From contig CAKZLB010000067.1 in assembly GCA_937124965.1 (NCBI GenBank), positions 171,455-235,454 of the forward strand: DNA of 64,000 bases, in the 5' to 3' direction. The notes beneath the pieces were generated by a model. The model made no database searches, was not told the DNA's origin, and was given only the letters and a program-made list of their open reading frames with translations. Below are positions 9,470 to 18,456 of this stretch, piece by piece; the first letter of the stretch is position 1, and each line of letters starts with the position of its first letter. Source of the stretch: an uncultured Bacteroidota bacterium (GTDB lineage: Bacteria > Bacteroidota > Bacteroidia > NS11-12g > UBA9320). The translations under genes were made by a program, and so were the position numbers.

Positions 9470-12400
9470 ATGATTAGCCGTATAGCCAACTATTTACTTT
9501 CTCTACGACAAACAACGTTTCGTGCAATTTTGTTGGTGCTAATTCTAGGTTTCGTGAACGGTGTTGTTAATGCTCAAAGTCCTGGAGTTAAGGCGTATAG
9601 TGTTGAACTGGGGTTGGGTGAACAGGTAACGTTAGCCAAAAAAATCTACCAAGACAGTGTTGGTTTAATTTGGATTTCTCGTTGGTCACTAGATTACAAT
9701 TTAGATAATGATACTACTAATAGTCTTCTCAGGTATGACGGCAATAGAATTGAAAACGTTGTCGCTGAATCTATAAAAAATGGGTTTAACTCTCAACGAT
9801 TAATAGGGGTTACTGATGATGGCAATTATTTATTGGCTGATCGCAGTTTAATGATATGGAATCCATATGAAAATAAAGGTCTGCATCATTATGATATTGA
9901 CTCAAGCTTAATTAAAAACGGTAAGCCGTTTAGAATTAACTCTGCTTACAAAGATAATTCTGGAGTGTTGTGGGCCAGTCTAAGTATTAAAAAATCAGAG
10001 CATGGGTGGTTCTATTATTTACTTAGGTCAGACGATGATTCGATACTTCGGCCATATAAGCTCGTTGAATCAGGTAGTTTTGATCAGTCAAACCACCTTC
10101 TACTTTTGGGAGATTTCCTTTTTTATATTGACAAAACGTCTCTCTTAAGAATGAGTACCCGAACGTTAAAAACGGATACACTAAATATTACAAATTCTGT
10201 TGAGCAAATGCCTCAAGGTTTAAGTTTTGGAGAGGGTGAGTTGTTTATTAAACTTGGCTCTCAACAGTATGAGAGACTTGCAAAGCCAAAAGGTTTAGAC
10301 AGAATTGCAGTTGTAAAACCACTGTCCTTAGATATTAACTATATTGATTTGCCCGTTGTGGATAGAATCGATAGAACCAAATTTGTTCGATATTTACAAG
10401 GTGACTTATGGTTAATAGGAAATGAATTTTCGATTTTCAAGTATAACATTGAAACTGAAAAACTGAGTTCACTGCGAGAGACACTTCTTGCATTATTACC
10501 GGAATTTAATACCTACACAAATCCAATTAGTGATGTTTTTCTAGATCGTTCAGAAACTTATTGGATATCATCTGGTGCAGGCTTAGCTCGATTTACACTT
10601 CCTCCAGACTACCTAGACTTATACCTAAGTGGTAAAGGGGTACATAAGGAATGTACTGGCGACTTTTGTTCAATTCGTGGAATTACGGAAGATAGCGAAG
10701 GAAGAATTTATTTTTCGTACGAGAACGGAATAAAATACCTAGATCAGAATGAAAAAGAACCAATTGAGTTGGATATACCTTTTCCAGAAATAGAGAAACA
10801 AGGAGCCTATAGTCTAACGAGTTATGATAATTTATTGATTTGGAATGATAAGGTTATTGACTTAAATACGCGTTCAGTTGAAACTCTTCTCCCAGATAAG
10901 GTATCAACACGCGTGGTGCACCATCTTGATAAACAAAACGGAATACTTTGGATGCTAGTTTATGGGCGGCTAAATACCTTATATCGATACGATTTGTCCT
11001 CCAAAATTCTTAAGAGGATCCAACTGGCTGTTAAAACCGAAGTAGGCTTTTTTTATGAAATTCATTACATAGACTATGATACTGTTCTACAAAAGGTTTT
11101 GATATCCTCTGCGTCATTTATCGGATTCGTTGATCCAGAGGATGGTAGCGTTTTTAAAGATTTTACGATACGTAAAAATGGTGAACGAAGAGGAGGTACA
11201 GCCGTGTTTCTTGAAGATGGAAAAGCTCTTTGGAATATCCGGGATTTAAAATCTGGTTTAAGGCGAATAGACCTGAGAAGTGGAAAGCAAACGTATTTTA
11301 CGTTTAGAGATCAGCAGGATATCCGTGCTTCTTACTCACATACCTATTTTATCGAGGCAACTAAAGCCAAAATGTTTATTGGTACTGGAAAAGGTGTTGT
11401 TGTTTTTGACAGAACGACCAAAGAACTTAGATACCTTGACGAGATTCCAATAATGTCGCGGTTCGAGTTCAACCGAAGCTCTTCTTTTATTAGTTCAAAA
11501 GGTGATTTATATATGGGTACGACCCAAGGACTTTTTCAAATTCCAGTTACATTAATAGAAGACATCACCGAGAAAAAAGTTGGGCAACGACTGCGAATGC
11601 GTAGTATTAATTATAGAGATCGAGAAAACAAAAGTGTACAAATTTGGAATGGCTCATATGAAAGTGAAATAACGATTCCACCTTATTACCGAAATTTAAG
11701 ATTTCAATATTATGTTCCAGATTACAGTGAACCCAATTTGCTCAATTATTCACACTGGTTGGAAGGGTATGAGGATACTTTCTCCGCACCAATATTATCT
11801 TCTGAGCTTGAGTATTCGTATCTACCTCCTGGCAATTATATTTTACATTTAAAAGGAGGAATAAATGCACCATCGAGAGAAAATAGCGAAATATTAATAC
11901 CAATTCACGTTAAGCAAGTATGGTATAAAACCATCTGGGCATGGATGGCCTATATCCTTCTGATAGTCGTTATTATTTTGCTAATTTATCGTTTTCAACT
12001 CGACCGCGCGAAACAAGTAAACGAAGCCCGAAAACAAAAAGAGCTTGATACGTTTAAGACTAAATTCTTTACGAATATCACTCACGAACTGCGAACGCCT
12101 CTCACGGTTATTTTAGGATTAACAAGCGAGCTAGACGAAGAAATACCTCAGCGTTCTGTAATTCGAAGGAATGGTCAAAAACTACTAGGGTTAATAAATG
12201 AAATTCTTGATTTAAGTAAATTGGATGCAGGGAAGCTAACATTAAATCTTAGGCAAAAGCGAATTGATAAATTCTTACATCGAACAGTTGCTCAGTTTCA
12301 TTCTATGGCAAAGATGAAAAATGTAGACCTTAAAGGCGAGTTTAGTACTGGTGTGTTAGTAATGGATTTTGACGAAAGTAAATTGCAGTCAGTGTTATCG

Positions 12401-13525
12401 AATCTAATTACGAATGCGATTAAATACACACCAGAAGGGGGCTATGTTGAAGTTCGAGCTTATAAAGAAAACAGTAAACTAATCTTGGACGTAGAAGACA
12501 ATGGAGTCGGGATTCCTGATAATGACGCAGAAAATATTTTCAATCGATACTATCGCTCAGAACATACAAAAGACACGCTTGGTACAGGAGTTGGCCTTTC
12601 TATTTGTAAGGAATTAATAGATTTAATGAAAGGTGAAATTCGCTGTTTGACAGAACGCGAACAAGGTTCTCTGTTTCAAATAGTACTGCCAATCACTCAA
12701 GAAAGTACTTTAGATGAAGAAGAGATATTGCCAATACATAGTGAGGTAGATTTTAAGAATAATCACAAGGGCAACCTTGATACCGTTTTAGTAGTAGAAG
12801 ACGACGACGACATACGATCATTTATTGTCCGCTCACTTAGCGCCAATTGCAACACTCTGGAAGCATCGAATGGTGAAACAGGGCTCAAAATGGCCACTGA
12901 GTTTTTACCTGATGTTATAGTTAGCGACGTAATGATGCCAGAAATGGATGGCTTTGAATTATGTCATCAAATAAAATCAAATGTACTAACATCACACATA
13001 CCGATAATTCTTTTAACAGCTCGAGTGGACAAAGAATCGATGATGGATGGACTAAAAACTGGGGCTGATGCGTATTTGAAAAAACCATTTGAACAGGAGG
13101 AATTAACCATTCGGATTTACAACCTACTGGAACTTAGAAAAAAAATGCAGGAGCACTTGTTATCTCAACTTGGAAGTTCCGATAAACAGAAAACAGAAAC
13201 CAATCCATTTATTGATAAAATAAACAATCTACTTGAACAGAATATTGATAATGAAAACCTTCAAGTAAATGATATTAGTGATGAACTAGGAATGAGCAGA
13301 ATGCAGTTGCACCGAAAGGTAAAAGCGCTCACAAATATGAGCGTCACTGAATATGTTAATCAATTTAAAATGCGAAGAGCTCTGGTGCTCCTCGCTCAGC
13401 CAGACATTAATATTTCGGAAATAGCCTATCAACTAGGGTTTTCAGACCCAGCTTATTTTACTCGTGTATTTAGCAAGTTTTACAAATATTCTCCAACAAA
13501 ATATCGTGATAATATCAAACGGTAG
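9470..13525 (+). CDS. Hybrid two-component system: propeller/Y_Y_Y sensor - TM - HisKA/HATPase - receiver - AraC HTH
   Basis: The ORF track start at 9467 is TTG; the adjacent ATG is at 9470. It has an H-box FFTNITHELRTPLT, ATPase boxes (NLITNAIKYT, DNGVGIP, GTGVGLSI), a receiver (VLVVEDDDDIRSF, SDVMMPEMDG, K in AYLKKPF), and a C-terminal AraC-type HTH (ISEIAYQLGFSDPAYFTRVFSKFY). Confidence 0.9.
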   Translation: MISRIANYLLSLRQTTFRAILLVLILGFVNGVVNAQSPGVKAYSVELGLGEQVTLAKKIYQDSVGLIWISRWSLDYNLDNDTTNSLLRYDGNRIENVVAESIKNGFNSQRLIGVTDDGNYLLADRSLMIWNPYENKGLHHYDIDSSLIKNGKPFRINSAYKDNSGVLWASLSIKKSEHGWFYYLLRSDDDSILRPYKLVESGSFDQSNHLLLLGDFLFYIDKTSLLRMSTRTLKTDTLNITNSVEQMPQGLSFGEGELFIKLGSQQYERLAKPKGLDRIAVVKPLSLDINYIDLPVVDRIDRTKFVRYLQGDLWLIGNEFSIFKYNIETEKLSSLRETLLALLPEFNTYTNPISDVFLDRSETYWISSGAGLARFTLPPDYLDLYLSGKGVHKECTGDFCSIRGITEDSEGRIYFSYENGIKYLDQNEKEPIELDIPFPEIEKQGAYSLTSYDNLLIWNDKVIDLNTRSVETLLPDKVSTRVVHHLDKQNGILWMLVYGRLNTLYRYDLSSKILKRIQLAVKTEVGFFYEIHYIDYDTVLQKVLISSASFIGFVDPEDGSVFKDFTIRKNGERRGGTAVFLEDGKALWNIRDLKSGLRRIDLRSGKQTYFTFRDQQDIRASYSHTYFIEATKAKMFIGTGKGVVVFDRTTKELRYLDEIPIMSRFEFNRSSSFISSKGDLYMGTTQGLFQIPVTLIEDITEKKVGQRLRMRSINYRDRENKSVQIWNGSYESEITIPPYYRNLRFQYYVPDYSEPNLLNYSHWLEGYEDTFSAPILSSELEYSYLPPGNYILHLKGGINAPSRENSEILIPIHVKQVWYKTIWAWMAYILLIVVIILLIYRFQLDRAKQVNEARKQKELDTFKTKFFTNITHELRTPLTVILGLTSELDEEIPQRSVIRRNGQKLLGLINEILDLSKLDAGKLTLNLRQKRIDKFLHRTVAQFHSMAKMKNVDLKGEFSTGVLVMDFDESKLQSVLSNLITNAIKYTPEGGYVEVRAYKENSKLILDVEDNGVGIPDNDAENIFNRYYRSEHTKDTLGTGVGLSICKELIDLMKGEIRCLTEREQGSLFQIVLPITQESTLDEEEILPIHSEVDFKNNHKGNLDTVLVVEDDDDIRSFIVRSLSANCNTLEASNGETGLKMATEFLPDVIVSDVMMPEMDGFELCHQIKSNVLTSHIPIILLTARVDKESMMDGLKTGADAYLKKPFEQEELTIRIYNLLELRKKMQEHLLSQLGSSDKQKTETNPFIDKINNLLEQNIDNENLQVNDISDELGMSRMQLHRKVKALTNMSVTEYVNQFKMRRALVLLAQPDINISEIAYQLGFSDPAYFTRVFSKFYKYSPTKYRDNIKR

Positions 13526-13565
13526 TTTTCTGTAATATTCTCATATTTAGCTGATTAAGTTTTGT

Positions 13566-13594
13566 TGTTACAATAGTGCAAGGATATGTTACAA
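13566..13594 (+). promoter_or_regulatory. Direct repeat TGTTACAA-N13-TGTTACAA; candidate operator for the AraC-type output of the upstream hybrid kinase
   Basis: Identical 8-mers lie at 13566-13573 and 13587-13594, 21 bp start to start (two helical turns). A third degenerate copy AGCTACAA lies at 13601-13608. The site is about 95-120 bp upstream of the ATG at 13688. Confidence 0.3.
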
Positions 13595-13687
13595 GGTTCC
13601 AAGCTACAATTTTCGTAATGTTTAACCTTTGAAGTGTTGAAACAAATAAGTTCAATTAACACATTTAAAAAACACAAGAAAAGTATT

Positions 13688-15100
13688 ATGAAAAAAACAG
13701 TTACTACAGCATTCCTAATTTTTTTAGGATTATTATCCTATGGACAAACAATCACTACAGATTCGTTTTATAGGGTGATGGATGAGATAGTTGCCGATGG
13801 TGCTAAAGAGTTTGGGATGGAGGGTGTAGCCGCAGCTATTATATTACCTGATCACTTAAAATACGACAAAAATTCATCAAGCCACACGTCATACCATGGA
13901 GTTCGAGACAATAATATAGCGGTTGATCCGGATAAGGGCTGGCACTTCTCTAGTACAACAAGAATGTTTGTAAGTTACATCATAATGAAATTGGTGGAGG
14001 ATGGAAAAATGTCGTTAAGTGACACTATCGGAAAATACTTGGATACTCCCAACATACCTAATTTAGATGGTGATATTACCGTTCAAGAACTTTTATCACA
14101 CAGAAGTGGCTTGGATGAGGTTTGGTCGGCATCATCGACGGATTTGTTCCGCGATGTATGGGATAATCGAGATAGTGTTTGGAATGATAATGACGTTCTA
14201 AACTATCTTCCAACAAAAAGAACCAATAAAGACTTTAAGTATACCAACACAAATGGATATATCTTAGGATTTGTTGTTGAAAGTGTTACCAAAAAGAGCT
14301 TGCAGAAAGTGTTTGAGGAATTCATATTCGAGCCTTTTAAGTTCAAAAATTCATTTATATCGTCCGATAAAGCATTTGATATGTCAACGATCAATGGCGT
14401 TTATAGTGGAGATGAAAATCGAAGCCAATGGTCTCATAACAGTTATATGAGCAGTCGTGGAGGAAACTCAGCTTTAGTTGCTCACCCTGATGATGTTGCA
14501 CGATTTCTAAATGAATTCGCAAATAAAGATTTACTGACTCAATCAAGCAAAGAGATAATTTTCACAAGAACACCAGGAGCAACTCGAGATCAAGGCAGTT
14601 CAGATTGCAGTGATAAGATCACTTATTATAGAGGGTTAGATTTTACAATGGTAGAGGCTATTACCAATGGTGATACAATGAATTTCATTGGACACGCTTC
14701 CAATGGAATTAACAATTCTGTGGTCTTTCACTGGTTAGAAGGGAACATTACAGTTTCTTTAGTGGTCAACGATTTTACAAAAACAAATGAGTCTGGAGCC
14801 TTATTTTTTCGTTTAGTGTGTCATGCTCAGAAGTATCAAGAGAGACTATCTAGTGTCGAAAACTTTAATAGCTCCAACCGAGTGTCGCTTTATCCAAACC
14901 CTGCAAGTAATGTGTTACAAGTAGATGTAATTAATGGTTCGATTATCAATACCATACAAATTTTTAATTCAGAAGGGAAAATCGTTAAAGCAGATGTGAG
15001 TAATCAAATCGATTTGAGTGCTTTGCCTGTAGGTATATATTATGCCTTGGTTGAGTTATCAGATGGGAGCAATGTTTACAAACGGTTTTTAAAGCAATAA
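13688..15100 (+). CDS. Beta-lactamase-family (PF00144-like) serine hydrolase homolog with T9SS C-terminal sorting domain
   Basis: The ORF track start at 13634 is GTG; the ATG at 13688 opens the signal peptide MKKTVTTAFLIFLGLLSYGQ. The family motifs are in the right order: SSTTR (SxxK position), YTNTNGY (YxN), GHASNG (HTG position). The C-terminal tail SLYPNPASNVLQVDV...IYYALVEL is Por_Secre_tail-like. Confidence 0.8.
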   Translation: MKKTVTTAFLIFLGLLSYGQTITTDSFYRVMDEIVADGAKEFGMEGVAAAIILPDHLKYDKNSSSHTSYHGVRDNNIAVDPDKGWHFSSTTRMFVSYIIMKLVEDGKMSLSDTIGKYLDTPNIPNLDGDITVQELLSHRSGLDEVWSASSTDLFRDVWDNRDSVWNDNDVLNYLPTKRTNKDFKYTNTNGYILGFVVESVTKKSLQKVFEEFIFEPFKFKNSFISSDKAFDMSTINGVYSGDENRSQWSHNSYMSSRGGNSALVAHPDDVARFLNEFANKDLLTQSSKEIIFTRTPGATRDQGSSDCSDKITYYRGLDFTMVEAITNGDTMNFIGHASNGINNSVVFHWLEGNITVSLVVNDFTKTNESGALFFRLVCHAQKYQERLSSVENFNSSNRVSLYPNPASNVLQVDVINGSIINTIQIFNSEGKIVKADVSNQIDLSALPVGIYYALVELSDGSNVYKRFLKQ

Positions 15101-15120
15101 CAGCGTAAAACAACTTTTCA

Positions 15121-15148
15121 CCCCAGTGGAATCAACCATTGGGGTTTT
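15121..15148 (+). terminator. Rho-independent terminator
   Basis: CCCCAGTGG-aatcaa-CCATTGGGG forms a 9-bp stem with one G.U, followed by TTTT, 21 nt after the stop codon. Confidence 0.6.
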
Positions 15149-15231
15149 GTATTTTCATCACTTTTCGTGTTTCTTGTTAAACCCGTAAAAGGGAGTTTTA
15201 AAAAGCGATTTGTAGTAGTTCGTATGATAAT

Positions 15232-16188
15232 TCAATTTTTATTTAAAGCTTTATCGAGGTCGACAGCAACTAACTTTGAAAAGTATTCAGCACCTTTTTT
15301 ATTTAGATGCTGAGAGTTGTAGAAATAGTCTTTGTTTTTACATAATTCATGTTCACTGTAATCTATGAACACGATGTTATACTCATTTGCAATAGAACGA
15401 TACATTTCTATGATTTGGTTTCTGTTGTTGATGAATTTCTGAGACTCAAAATAGGAGGGAGGGTAAACTAGTATCACTTTTATCCTGTCTTTAAGACTTG
15501 AACTGACGTATTCTTCAAACAGGGAAATTAATCTTGGATCAACGGCCACATCAATACCATTTGGGTTTGTTGTTACAAACTTGTTAAACGAATAATCCCA
15601 TGGTTTATCATAAGCAATATATCCTTTGTATTTGTTGCTTTTGTTTGAAGGTAGGTTTATCCCGAAATAGTTTGCCAGACCGTTTATTATAATGTCGGTG
15701 AATCCCGAATATCGGACAAACGGAATGTAATAATCATATGCTTTGAAGCCATTTAGCCTTTTGGCTAAATCCACGACAAGTGAATCGTCAAGGTACGGAG
15801 CGAACCGTTTGTATTCATGTAAGTTTTGATTGTACTTCAAAAGTTCATCACCTACAACTTGCACTATAGCTTTTGGCTTTGAATTATTTGTTCTATAAAG
15901 TTGATAAACTGTATGTTGCAATTCAAAATTTGCTCCATTCATTCCGAAGTTGTAGCTATTTGTCCCTAAGCTACTATCGATTATTTGGGTTGAAAATTGA
16001 ACCAATGCTTTCGAACTACCGTTAATAATCAAATCCGATTGTAGATTGTGACTATGAATCCTCGTTAAATTTTCAAAGACAAAAGCGTTACTCTTCTTCA
16101 AGCCCATTGTCACCATGTGGTCCAATGCAAACAATGAAACCATAGAAATTGAACCAAATAATAGGAGTTTTTTTAAGAAATCTGTCAT
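15232..16188 (-). CDS. DltD/SGNH-like membrane-anchored partner of the adjacent MBOAT acyltransferase (hypothetical)
   Basis: 318 aa with an N-terminal TM anchor. It lies 4 nt downstream of the MBOAT gene on the same strand. It has an INGSSKA block and a C-terminal DYFYNSQHLN (D..H-like block), as in DltD/AlgJ-type partners. The assignment rests mostly on context. Confidence 0.5.
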   Translation of the reverse strand: MTDFLKKLLLFGSISMVSLFALDHMVTMGLKKSNAFVFENLTRIHSHNLQSDLIINGSSKALVQFSTQIIDSSLGTNSYNFGMNGANFELQHTVYQLYRTNNSKPKAIVQVVGDELLKYNQNLHEYKRFAPYLDDSLVVDLAKRLNGFKAYDYYIPFVRYSGFTDIIINGLANYFGINLPSNKSNKYKGYIAYDKPWDYSFNKFVTTNPNGIDVAVDPRLISLFEEYVSSSLKDRIKVILVYPPSYFESQKFINNRNQIIEMYRSIANEYNIVFIDYSEHELCKNKDYFYNSQHLNKKGAEYFSKLVAVDLDKALNKN

Positions 16189-16192
16189 ATGA

Positions 16193-17635
16193 TTAGAATT
16201 GAAAATAGATAAAATCTTGTTTTGACCCTTGAAAGGTTATTAATGAAAGTATGATGATTATGTATGTTAACCACCTAATAGGAAGAAATACTGATCCAAT
16301 ATTTTCAATGGCGTGTTTTCTACTTTTTCCCTGCCATTCAACGATCAACAAACCAATGATTAAAAACACTAGTTTTATGAATTTTATGTCCGAGGTAATG
16401 GGTGCTGCCGTAAATAATGACGTTGAGAATATTGTGCCAGTATATTCAAAAGCTTGGGTAACAGTTTTAGATCGAAAAAATACCCATGTTAGAACAACAA
16501 ATGTAAAGGTTAGAAGCATCTGACCACCTCCTGTAAAGATTCTTAATGGCCTGCTTTGGGTATCAACGATAAAGAGAGTTTTCTGTTTTACTAATAAAAA
16601 TAAAACAAAGAAAAATGCGTGTAAAAGTCCCCAAACGATGAACGTCCAATTAGCTCCATGCCAAAAACCACTAATTAGAAAAATGATAAAAATGTTTCGT
16701 GTTTTTAATAACGCACTTCCACGGCTTCCTCCAAGTGGTATATAAAGGTAGTCTCTAAACCAACTAGTTAATGAAATATGCCATCTTTTCCAGAAATCTC
16801 CAATGTTTTTTGAGAAATAAGGAAAAGCAAAATTTTGCATCATAGAAAAACCAAATAATCGTGATGTTCCAATTGCGATGTCCGAGTAACCAGAAAAGTC
16901 ACAATAGATTTGAACCGTAAACAAAACAGCACCGATAAGCAGAGTACTACCTTCTAAAGATTGAGAGTTGTTGAATATTTCAGTAACAAAAACGGCACAG
17001 TTGTCAGCTATCACAATTTTTTTGAAAAATCCCCATAACATCTGACGAAGACCATCTATGGCTTTTGTAGAACTGAACGAACGGGCTGTTGTAAATTGAG
17101 GTAATAGGTTAGAAGCTCTCTCAATTGGACCTGCAACTAATTGAGGGAAAAAGCTGACGAAAGCTGCAAAGGCTATCAAATCTGCCGTCGGTTCTATCTT
17201 TCTGTGATATACATCTATGGTGTAACTTAACGTCTGAAATGTATAGAAACTGATGCCTACAGGTAGGATAATGTTTAAGGAATATGAGTCAATATTTTGT
17301 CCAAAAAACGAAAATGCCGAGATGAAATTTTCAATAAAAAAGTTTGAATACTTAAAGAAAACGAGGATTCCAATATTGACTAAAATGCTCGTAGCCAACA
17401 GAGCTTTTCTTTTTGTTGAGTTGTCCTCTTTTGAAAGTAGAATGCCAATGGTATAGTCGACCATTGTGCTGAATAAAATTAACAACAAGAAACGCCAATC
17501 CCACCATCCATAAAAAACATAGCTGGCAATAATTAGCAAAAGATTCTGAGTTTTAATTAGACCTTTCGGTATAACCCAATATAATAGGAATACTATCGGT
17601 AAAAACAGAGCGAAGTCTATTGAGTTAAAAAGCAT
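16193..17635 (-). CDS. MBOAT family O-acyltransferase (AlgI/DltB/PatA-like)
   Basis: It has the signature FWKRWHISLTSWFRDYLYIPLGGSRG with the catalytic His, plus FLISGFWHGANW, and is multi-TM. The longest ORF starts at TTG 17683. The ATG at 17635 gives the family-typical N-terminus MLFNSIDFALFLPIVFLLYW. Confidence 0.88.
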   Translation of the reverse strand: MLFNSIDFALFLPIVFLLYWVIPKGLIKTQNLLLIIASYVFYGWWDWRFLLLILFSTMVDYTIGILLSKEDNSTKRKALLATSILVNIGILVFFKYSNFFIENFISAFSFFGQNIDSYSLNIILPVGISFYTFQTLSYTIDVYHRKIEPTADLIAFAAFVSFFPQLVAGPIERASNLLPQFTTARSFSSTKAIDGLRQMLWGFFKKIVIADNCAVFVTEIFNNSQSLEGSTLLIGAVLFTVQIYCDFSGYSDIAIGTSRLFGFSMMQNFAFPYFSKNIGDFWKRWHISLTSWFRDYLYIPLGGSRGSALLKTRNIFIIFLISGFWHGANWTFIVWGLLHAFFFVLFLLVKQKTLFIVDTQSRPLRIFTGGGQMLLTFTFVVLTWVFFRSKTVTQAFEYTGTIFSTSLFTAAPITSDIKFIKLVFLIIGLLIVEWQGKSRKHAIENIGSVFLPIRWLTYIIIILSLITFQGSKQDFIYFQF

Positions 17636-17879
17636 AAAAGTCAGTTCGAAAAAGGTGTAAGTCATTTTGGAATTAGTCAACAATGATTTATTGCGAACTA
17701 ATCGTTAAAATGATTTTCGTTTTTCAAGTATAGCCATGTATACAACTGGCTATTAACTGCTTTATCCTAATGTTACATTAACGTCTCCCAACGTGATTTT
17801 ATAGCAGAGTTCTTTGCTCTTTCTTTTATTGACTTCAGCGAGAAAAAAACATCGCTCCCAAGAAAAGGAGGCTAGAAGG

Positions 17880-17946
17880 AAAGTATTGATAGGGACGCAA
17901 TAAACAACGCAACGCATTGTTTAAATATTTCCCCTACCAATACTTT
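17880..17946 (-). terminator. Long stem-loop immediately downstream of the T9SS-tail gene; probable terminator
   Basis: AAAGTATTGATAGGG (17880-17894) pairs with CCCTACCAATACTTT (17932-17946): 15 bp with one mismatch. An inner helix AAACAA/TTGTTT lies in the loop. The structure starts 4 nt after the stop codon at 17950. Confidence 0.45.
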
Positions 17947-17949
17947 TTA

Positions 17950-18438
17950 CTACTGTTTTATCCAACGGTATGTGTAATGTTTATTGTTTTCATCTGTCAT
18001 TTTAATCATGTAAATCCCACTGGGTAAGTGTTTAATGTCTAATGTAGCTTTTGAATGAGAAGAAACTGGCATGGTTTGCTTAACCGTTTTACCGACGTAG
18101 TCTAACACTTCTATACTAATATCTAAGTTTTCATGATTCTCTAAATACAAGTAACTCGTTGCTGGATTTGGAAACAACTTTACTTCTGGATAAGTATGAT
18201 CTGACCAGATGCTAACCTGTGTATCCTTTTTAGCATACCCTTGATTAAACCCTTCTGTTAAAACAGCAGAACTGTTTTTTACACTTGACACTGCAGATTC
18301 TCCAAGAGTAAATTCTAACTGAGCACTAGAGTTGGATGTCAAAGCTCCGGCACTTCCTATCACCGTGCGACTTAAGCTTTGAGAATAAGCGAAGCATGAA
18401 CTACTGATAAGTAACAAACTGAATAAAATATTTTTCAT
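17950..18438 (-). CDS. Small secreted protein with T9SS C-terminal sorting domain
   Basis: It has the signal peptide MKNILFSLLLISSSCFAYSQ. The C-terminal 80 aa, KLFPNPATSYLYLE...SGIYMIKM...WIKQ, match the Por_Secre_tail pattern. Confidence 0.7.
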   Translation of the reverse strand: MKNILFSLLLISSSCFAYSQSLSRTVIGSAGALTSNSSAQLEFTLGESAVSSVKNSSAVLTEGFNQGYAKKDTQVSIWSDHTYPEVKLFPNPATSYLYLENHENLDISIEVLDYVGKTVKQTMPVSSHSKATLDIKHLPSGIYMIKMTDENNKHYTYRWIKQ

Positions 18439-18456
18439 AATCTTCTTATGTTATCC

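Noticed and set aside
16193-17683. The longest-ORF start of the MBOAT gene (TTG 17683)
   Set aside because: The family N-terminus MLFNS..F..FLP begins at the ATG at 17635, and the upstream 16 codons have no counterpart in AlgI/DltB-type proteins. Similar longest-ORF starts were trimmed at 9467, 13634, 30460, 54554 and 60952.
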